DNA of 64,000 bases from an uncultured delta proteobacterium (GTDB taxonomy: Bacteria > Myxococcota_A > Polyangia > Polyangiales > Polyangiaceae): positions 64,001-128,000 of the forward strand of contig CAVQUB010000034.1 of assembly GCA_963716725.1 (NCBI GenBank). Reading direction: 5' to 3'. How positions within the stretch are numbered: the stretch's first letter is position 1; each line of letters opens with the position of its first letter. This document shows positions 57,693 to 64,000 of this stretch, in pieces. Made by a program: the position numbers and the translations under genes. The notes below the pieces were generated by a model. The model was not told the origin of the DNA and did not search any database. It saw only the letters and a list, made by a program, of their open reading frames with translations.

Positions 57693-59027
57693 ATGTTCCG
57701 ACTCTTCTTGAATCTGTCGCTCTTGATCTTGGTGGTGTCCCTGTGCGCGTGCGGGGGTTCGGAGGACGGCAACAACGGCGCTGGGGGAACCGGAGGAGGA
57801 ACCGGAGGAGGAACCGGAGGAGGAACCGGGGGCAAAACCAGCGCCGTCGTTCCCAAGAAGGCGCCGGTGGGCGACCCGACTGGCGCACCGGTGAGCGCAT
57901 CGATCGGCCCCGAGGGCGGCGTGCTGGTCAGCGACGACGGACGCTTCGAAGTCGACCTGCCCGCCGGCGCGCTCGCTGCGCCGACGGACTTCAGCATTAC
58001 GCCTCTCGACAACACGGCCGGGGGTGGCGTGGGCACCGCGTATCGCGTGCTTCCCAACTTGCAACTCGCGAAGCCTGCGACCGTGCGCTTCAACTATGAC
58101 GACGCCGACGAACTGGGCTCTCTCCCGGAAGCCTTCGAGATCACTTACCAAGACGACGACGCCTTCTGGCGCATCGTGCAAGGCGCGGTCGTCGATGAAT
58201 TCGAGGGCACGGTCAGCGTGCAAACGGAACACTTCACCGACTGGTCGCTGATCCAGGTTTTCGAGTTGGCGCCCAGCAAGGCCAGCATCGAGCCCGGATC
58301 GAGCCTCGACTTCAAGTTGGTCTGGTGTGCGTCAGCACTGGGACCAGACCCCCTCGCGCCGATGTTCTACGACTGTAGTCCCGAGCTTTTCCCGCTGGGC
58401 TTGAAGACGGAGTGGTCCGCCAGCGCGGGCAGCATCGACAACCAGGGCAAGTACACCGCGCCCGGGACTGCCCCGACGCCGAATCCGGTGATCGTGACGC
58501 TGCGTGTGAACTACGACGGCAAGCTCTGGATCCTCCTGGGAGAGGTGTTGATCAGCGACGCAGGCACCTTCAAAGGTGAAATCAACCACGAGAGCCTGAA
58601 CCCCAGCTTTGCATTCAAAGCGCGCGTTGACACCGAGCTGTATTTGGAATCCCAGGACGAGACTGCGTTCTATGCAGCTCGCGGCACCATCAACGTCTTG
58701 ACGGACGTCGATGTCGGCGACGCCCTGTGCACGCTCGCTTCACCCACGGCCAAGTTCGACACGACCACGTCGAGCCTGGTGGCAATCTCCAAGAACGATA
58801 CCTACACCTTCCACTACGTCCTCACTCTCGCTTCCTCTGCGACCTGCAAACCCAAGGACCCGAGCAAGGCGGCGTACACGCTGCCAAACATGCCCGTGGG
58901 CCTGACCTTCTTGCCCGACTGCAACCCGTCGGCGAGCTTCGCGGTGACGGACCCGGCCCTCTTGAAGGATGCCGGCCAAGATGGCTGCTCGCAGAGCAAG
59001 GCGAACTGGGCGTTCAAGAAGCAGTAG
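57693..59027 (+). CDS. Lipoprotein with ZU5-like domain
   Basis: SD GGAGGAG; lipobox LCAC; IGPEGG.L..S.DG..LPAGAL..TEHFT. Confidence 0.8.
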   Translation: MFRLFLNLSLLILVVSLCACGGSEDGNNGAGGTGGGTGGGTGGGTGGKTSAVVPKKAPVGDPTGAPVSASIGPEGGVLVSDDGRFEVDLPAGALAAPTDFSITPLDNTAGGGVGTAYRVLPNLQLAKPATVRFNYDDADELGSLPEAFEITYQDDDAFWRIVQGAVVDEFEGTVSVQTEHFTDWSLIQVFELAPSKASIEPGSSLDFKLVWCASALGPDPLAPMFYDCSPELFPLGLKTEWSASAGSIDNQGKYTAPGTAPTPNPVIVTLRVNYDGKLWILLGEVLISDAGTFKGEINHESLNPSFAFKARVDTELYLESQDETAFYAARGTINVLTDVDVGDALCTLASPTAKFDTTTSSLVAISKNDTYTFHYVLTLASSATCKPKDPSKAAYTLPNMPVGLTFLPDCNPSASFAVTDPALLKDAGQDGCSQSKANWAFKKQ

Positions 59028-59078
59028 CGCGCACGCCAACACCAAGTCCGTGCCTCGAGGTTGCGCTGCTTGCAGCCC

Positions 59079-59665
59079 CTAGTAACGAAATCTCCAAACC
59101 AAGTCGACGGCGGCGCTGCCCGCATTGCCCAGCTCGGTGCGCAAGGACCAGCGTGGCGAGAAGCGCCAGTCCAGCGTTCCCGTAAGCGCATCGAACTGCT
59201 CCTGGGGACCGATCTCCTGGCTTTCGGTCTCCTGGGTGTAGCTGCCCTCCAACCACAGTCCCTCGGCCAGACGCACGGCCGCTGCCGCTCCGGTTCGCGC
59301 GTTGTCGCTCTTTGCCCGGAGCTGTAGGCCCTCGAGCGGCGTGTTCTCGAGCATTTGCGTGACTCCTTGGAGCGCGAGGGCGCTGGCCAGAGCAACATCG
59401 CCGCTTCCACCGAGCAGGCGCGCCAGGATCTCGGACTGCGGAAGGCCGGGATCACTGCGCAGCGTGAGGTGTGCCTTCTTCAAGGTGCCGCTCAGATCAA
59501 TGAAGATGACCGTGCCATCCTGCGCGGTCCACTTTGCGCAGCTGAATGTCCGACAAGACTCGCTTGCCGGGTGGATAGTCCCGCTTGAGGCAGCCAGTAG
59601 CGAGGGAGAGCGAGCACAGCAGGGCGAGCCAGAGCCCCGGTTTTGCCCCTCCCCGCCGGCGGACA
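59079..59665 (-). pseudogene. Chimeric remnant: lipoprotein N-terminus (TamA/BamA-like?) joined to a TamB-like C-terminus
   Basis: LWLALLCSLSLATGCLKRDYPPGKRVLSDIQL switches frame near 59540 to AKWTAQDGTVIFIDLSG..LRSDPGLPQSEILARLL..DWRF..WSLRTELG..DLVWRFRY*. Confidence 0.6.
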
Positions 59666-59737
59666 AAACGCCGTCTGTCTTGGAGCCTTCTCAGTCCGAG
59701 GAAACCGACCACAGGTCCGCGCCGTAACAACCGAACG

Positions 59738-60517
59738 ATGCGAAGACTCGCCGTGCCCCTACTCCTCGGACTCGCCGTCGCGGCCTGCGACAGCAAACCC
59801 GCCGCTCCCCTCGCCCCCGCCGCGTCCGCGCTGCCCGCCGCTGAGAAGCGCTCCGAGTCCGCCAAGACCTTTGCCATCGAGGCCGCCAGCAGCAAGGTCA
59901 CGTTCTTGATGCAAGCGCCCTTCGAGAAGATCCACGGCGACGCCGAGGGCAGCGCCAAAGGCGAGCTCTTCATCGACCCGTCGGACATCTCCAAGACCGC
60001 GGGTCTGATCGAAATCGACCTCGACAAGCTGGTGCTCTACCAGCAAAAGCGGCAGGACGAGAAGTCGGACTACGGTGAGCGCAAGAAGAGCGACCAACAG
60101 AACGAGCACGCGAAGACCTGGCTCGAGATCTCACCCGACGCTCCCGCCGCGGAGCGCGAGCTCAATCGCTGGGTCCAGTTCCGCATCGACAAGGTCATCG
60201 AGTCGTCTGCGCCGGACGTCAGCAAGCTGACCGGCGCCGAGCGCAAGATCACCGCCACCGTCGAAGGCGAGCTCCGCCTGCACCAGCGCAAGGTGCGCAA
60301 GCAAGCCAAGGTCGAGGCGACCTTCAAATACGACGGCGACAAACCGGTCAGCGTCAGCATCAAGACCACCGCGCCGGTGGTCGTGGATCTCGACGCCCAC
60401 GACGTGCGACCGCGGGAGCTCTTCGGCAAGCTGGCGCAGAAGACCCTGTCCGACATGGGGCAGAAGGTCGCAAAAGAGGCGCCCATCGAGTTCCAGATTT
60501 CAGCGAACCTGAAGTGA
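59738..60517 (+). CDS. YceI family lipoprotein
   Basis: Lipobox VAAC; SSKVTF..APFEKI.G; VEGELRLH. Confidence 0.78.
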   Translation: MRRLAVPLLLGLAVAACDSKPAAPLAPAASALPAAEKRSESAKTFAIEAASSKVTFLMQAPFEKIHGDAEGSAKGELFIDPSDISKTAGLIEIDLDKLVLYQQKRQDEKSDYGERKKSDQQNEHAKTWLEISPDAPAAERELNRWVQFRIDKVIESSAPDVSKLTGAERKITATVEGELRLHQRKVRKQAKVEATFKYDGDKPVSVSIKTTAPVVVDLDAHDVRPRELFGKLAQKTLSDMGQKVAKEAPIEFQISANLK

Positions 60518-60520
60518 AGC

Positions 60521-63457
60521 TCAGCGCCGCACCTGTTCGCGCCCGACACGCAGCTTGACGCTTCCTGAAGCGCGCTCGACCTCGATCACCACGTCGGTGC
60601 GCGTCGGGCCGCTGAGCCGCGAGCGCGCGTCCCGCATGTCGACCACGTCGTGGCCGTCCACCGAGAGCACCACATCCCCCACTGCGAGCCCGGCGCGCTC
60701 CGCCTCGCTCGCGTCGGCCACGTGCACCACGACGACCTCGAGATCGTCACCGTCGCCGCGCTCGCCGAGTGTGACCGCCACGCTGCCGCTCACGGTCGGA
60801 TCGTCGTCGCCGGCGGCGTGGGTCAGACGCAGCGTGATGCCGGTGACGTTGCGCCCCGATTGGATCACGACGTGGGCCACGCCTCGACCCACGTCGGGCG
60901 CGTAGGCCTCGATCTCGGCCTTGCCCGGCGCGACGCCGCTCAGCTTGAAGCGGCCCTTGGCGTCGGTGACGGCCATGCCCGTCGGCAGAGTGCCCGCGGG
61001 CAAATAGGCCGGCACGACGCCGGCGCCGACCCGGGCGCCCTGCACCGGTTTGCCCTGCGCGTCGGTCACCACGCCCTCGACGCCGCCGCCCTCGCTCAGA
61101 TCGATGGTTGGAAGCTCGAAGGCGCGGTCGGCGCGGCCGGTGGCAGTCACCGTCGCGGTCGCCTCGGCGTTGGCGAAATCAGGGTGTGCGACGATGATGT
61201 GCACCGGCGCCGCGGCCACGTCCTTGATCCGGTAGATCCCGTCCTTGTTGGTGAGAGCCGCGAAGCGGCGTCCCTCCGAGACCAAGGTCACGCTGGCCCC
61301 CTCGACGGTGCGTCGACCACGGACCGAGGTCACGCTGCCCTCCACCAATACGCCTCGGCTGAGCGCGATCTCGAGCTTGTCACCGGCCTTTGCCACCTGG
61401 CGCACCGCCACGCCGAAGCCCGGGGCTTCGACCACGACGCGCAGCTCGAGCCCGCGCGCGTCCGCGATGGTGGCCTTGCCGTCGGACGAGGTGAAGACCG
61501 TCTGGCGCAGCGGCGCGCTGGGATCGAGGGAGAGCACCGCGACCTGAGCGGCGTCGACCGCCCGACCGCTCTCGTCGACCACCGAAACAGTGAAAGCGTC
61601 GCGCGGAGCGGGCAGCTCGACGGTGAGGTTGGTGCGCCCGCCCTCGGGGACCTCGATGGTCTTTCGCACCACGAGCTTGGACGGATCCTCGGGCCGCGCC
61701 ACGGACACGATCACCTCTTCGGGCACCGACGCGAAGGCGAAGCTGCCGTCGGTGGCGGTGAGGGTCGTGCGTTCGAGCGTGCCGCGAGCCGCCGTAAGAT
61801 CGACGCGCGCGCCGGACACGCCGCGCCCCGACGCATCGACCACGCGCCCCTCGATGGCGCCGCCGGCGAGCAACACGATCTTCACCTTGGCCCGACCACC
61901 CGGCTGAACGTTGACGGGATCGCTGAAGCCCTCGACGTATGCCGGGTGACGGACCAGCGCCCGCACGCGCCCCGGCGTGACGGGATGCGCTTCGAATTTG
62001 CCATCGAGCCGCGTGACCCAGGGCTCGAAGGCGAGCGGCGCCGAGTCGACGGTGTCCACCGGCTGCCCAGTGCCGCGCGGGATGGGCGGGATCGGACCCG
62101 GCATCACACCCAGCTCGCCCGCGGGAATGAGCGGCCGCGGACCGGCGAGCGCCCACTCGAAATGGGACCGACGGAAGGCCATCGTGGACGGCGAGTCGGC
62201 GATGGGCAGTCCGAACAGATCGATGCCGATGATCTCGACCGTCGCGCCGTCCACCGCCGCGCCCTTCGAGTCCACGACCTCTCCGTCCAGGGTCCCACCT
62301 CGCATCAGCTGGATCTGCACCGGTCCGTCGAGCACCTCGGGCACGACCACGGCCGGACGGGTCACGAAGCCGTCGGCGCTGGCCGACACGGTGGCGGCGC
62401 CGGCGGAAATCGGGCCGAGCGTCACACTGCCGTCGCCGGCGGTGCGGCCTTGGATGGGGAACGAGCTGAGCCCACCTTCGGCCAGCACGACGTCAGCGTT
62501 TCCCACCGGCGTGGGGCGATCGGGCTCGTCGTCGGTGACCGAGACGACCACCATGCGGCCCGGTCCCAGCTTCAGCGTGAGCGTCTCGTGGGCGCCGCGC
62601 TGGACCTCGAAGCCGAACATCGTCTCGCTCACCTGATCACCCTTGGTGGCGCGCAGGTCGAAGTGACCCGCGACCAAACCCGCGATGCTCGCCGTCCCGT
62701 TGGCGTTGGTCTCAGCGCGGCGCGCGGGCCAGAGCGTCGAGCCCGTGATCGCCACCTGCGCGCCGGAAGCCGCAGAACCGTCGACGTTCTTCACGTGCAC
62801 ATCGAGGGACGCAAGCCGTCGGAGCGCCAGCGTCACGTCCGCGGTCACTCCCGATTGCGTCACCGATTCGTAGCCTGGCGCCGAAGCCTTCACCGTCCAC
62901 GGCGATCGCGGCAAGCTGGTGAAGCTCGCCACTCCGACGTTGCTCGTGAGCGCGCCGAAGGGCAGTGGATCTCCGGAGTTCACCAGAACGGTGGCGCGGG
63001 GGAGCGGGGCTCCTTCCTCGTCGCTGACCGTCACGCGCAAGGCCGCCGCGCGCTCGAGCTTCAACGCCGCGTACCGCTCCCCGCCTTCGAGCACGAGCCT
63101 GGTCGAGGCGCGCGCGTGGTGTGCTGCCTCGACGACCACCCAGACGGCGCCGCGCGGCAGTCCGCCGATCTCGATTCGACCGTCGTCGCCGCTGCGGCCC
63201 GTGCCCGCCAAGTAGAAGCGCTCGTCGCGCTCCCAGTACACACGCGCTTCAGCGCCGCGCACCGCAGCGTCGTCCGCTCCTGTGACGGCTACGACGATCT
63301 CCGCGTCGCGCTCGTCGACGTCCGCTGGCGGGGGAGGCGCTTGTAGAGCGAACGGGTGGGGCCGGAGCCCGACATCCACGACGCGCGCGAGCAGTACCCA
63401 GCACGCCAGTGCGGCGAGCACTCCGATCAGACGGTGAACGAGGCGGTCTCGCGACAA
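60521..63457 (-). CDS. Membrane protein with carboxypeptidase-regulatory-like repeats and C-terminal PDZ
   Basis: Repeated G.V.D..G.PV.GA.V..T..DG.F units; AERAGLAVGDVVLSVDG PDZ. TTG 63457 inferred as start. Confidence 0.85.
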   Translation of the reverse strand: MSRDRLVHRLIGVLAALACWVLLARVVDVGLRPHPFALQAPPPPADVDERDAEIVVAVTGADDAAVRGAEARVYWERDERFYLAGTGRSGDDGRIEIGGLPRGAVWVVVEAAHHARASTRLVLEGGERYAALKLERAAALRVTVSDEEGAPLPRATVLVNSGDPLPFGALTSNVGVASFTSLPRSPWTVKASAPGYESVTQSGVTADVTLALRRLASLDVHVKNVDGSAASGAQVAITGSTLWPARRAETNANGTASIAGLVAGHFDLRATKGDQVSETMFGFEVQRGAHETLTLKLGPGRMVVVSVTDDEPDRPTPVGNADVVLAEGGLSSFPIQGRTAGDGSVTLGPISAGAATVSASADGFVTRPAVVVPEVLDGPVQIQLMRGGTLDGEVVDSKGAAVDGATVEIIGIDLFGLPIADSPSTMAFRRSHFEWALAGPRPLIPAGELGVMPGPIPPIPRGTGQPVDTVDSAPLAFEPWVTRLDGKFEAHPVTPGRVRALVRHPAYVEGFSDPVNVQPGGRAKVKIVLLAGGAIEGRVVDASGRGVSGARVDLTAARGTLERTTLTATDGSFAFASVPEEVIVSVARPEDPSKLVVRKTIEVPEGGRTNLTVELPAPRDAFTVSVVDESGRAVDAAQVAVLSLDPSAPLRQTVFTSSDGKATIADARGLELRVVVEAPGFGVAVRQVAKAGDKLEIALSRGVLVEGSVTSVRGRRTVEGASVTLVSEGRRFAALTNKDGIYRIKDVAAAPVHIIVAHPDFANAEATATVTATGRADRAFELPTIDLSEGGGVEGVVTDAQGKPVQGARVGAGVVPAYLPAGTLPTGMAVTDAKGRFKLSGVAPGKAEIEAYAPDVGRGVAHVVIQSGRNVTGITLRLTHAAGDDDPTVSGSVAVTLGERGDGDDLEVVVVHVADASEAERAGLAVGDVVLSVDGHDVVDMRDARSRLSGPTRTDVVIEVERASGSVKLRVGREQVRR

Positions 63458-63528
63458 GGGCGGCACGATAACGCGGCCCCGGCCGGGGCGCTTCCAGCAC
63501 CGGCGAAGCGACCTGCTATGCTGCCCGG

Positions 63529-64000
63529 GTGCAACGGCAGTTCGCGGCAGCGGCGCTTCTGACGGGGCTGACGGCGTCGGTCCACGCATGCTCTTCCGGG
63601 GACCGCCCGAGTCCCTTCGACGGCGCGAAGGACGCCGGCGGGGCGGGCGGCTTCGTGGGACTCGACACCGGGCTCGTCGACGGCCCTCCCTCGCCGGACG
63701 CCGACGGGCTCTGCGGCAACACCGTGATCCCGGTCGTCGTCGAGCGCCCCAACGTGTACTTCGTGGTCGACCGCTCCGGCAGCATGCAGGACCCGCTGCC
63801 GAAGAGCAGCTACAACAAATACGTCAGCGCTCGCATTGCCATGAGCAAGTTGCTGCGTTCGGTGGGGCATCGCCTGCGCTACGGCGCCGCGGTCTTCCCC
63901 ATGCCAGGCGGCACGGTGGAAGGCTGCAACGCCGGCAAGGAGATCTTCGTCACGCAAGAAGGTGATCCGCCGAGCTACGCCCAGCAGGGCCTGAACGGTC
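63529..64000 (+). CDS. VWA-domain lipoprotein (3'-truncated; absent from the ORF track)
   Basis: MQRQFAAAALLTGLTASVHAC lipobox; NVYFVVDRSGSM MIDAS motif; frame open to the window end. Confidence 0.85.
   Translation, partial: MQRQFAAAALLTGLTASVHACSSGDRPSPFDGAKDAGGAGGFVGLDTGLVDGPPSPDADGLCGNTVIPVVVERPNVYFVVDRSGSMQDPLPKSSYNKYVSARIAMSKLLRSVGHRLRYGAAVFPMPGGTVEGCNAGKEIFVTQEGDPPSYAQQGLNG

Overview
A GC-rich bacterial window that is very probably from Myxococcota (Polyangiales-like). This is inferred from MYXO-CTERM tails, many Gly/Cys-rich lipoproteins, and FHA, Ser/Thr-kinase and PEGA genes. Core genes are mfd (5'-truncated by the window edge), tdk, aroC, an acyl-CoA dehydrogenase and three GSTs. 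A split alpha-glucan uptake and degradation system is present: MalK, SDR, a MalE-MalF fusion and MalG; LamB-like porin plus GH13; GH15-MYXO-CTERM plus CBM48-GH13. The window also holds an orphan lipoprotein NirS-like cytochrome cd1 with two heme-c motifs, two toxin-antitoxin-like modules (MenAT-like NTase pair; VapBC flanked by a 40-bp direct repeat), and a 1.7-kb scrapyard of IS91-like, integrase-IS and group II intron fragments. A collapsed TamA/TamB-like remnant and about 20 uncharacterised exported proteins complete it. The strongest non-gene signal is regulatory. About 18 genes have a (T/C)ANNNT -10 box 6-8 nt before the start codon, suggesting pervasive leaderless transcription. Two neighbouring lipoprotein genes share a sigma54 promoter plus the same 16-bp palindrome at near-identical spacing. 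Four single-base insertions suggest long-read errors. No tRNA, rRNA or CRISPR array was recognised. All family calls come from motif recognition by eye, not database searches.
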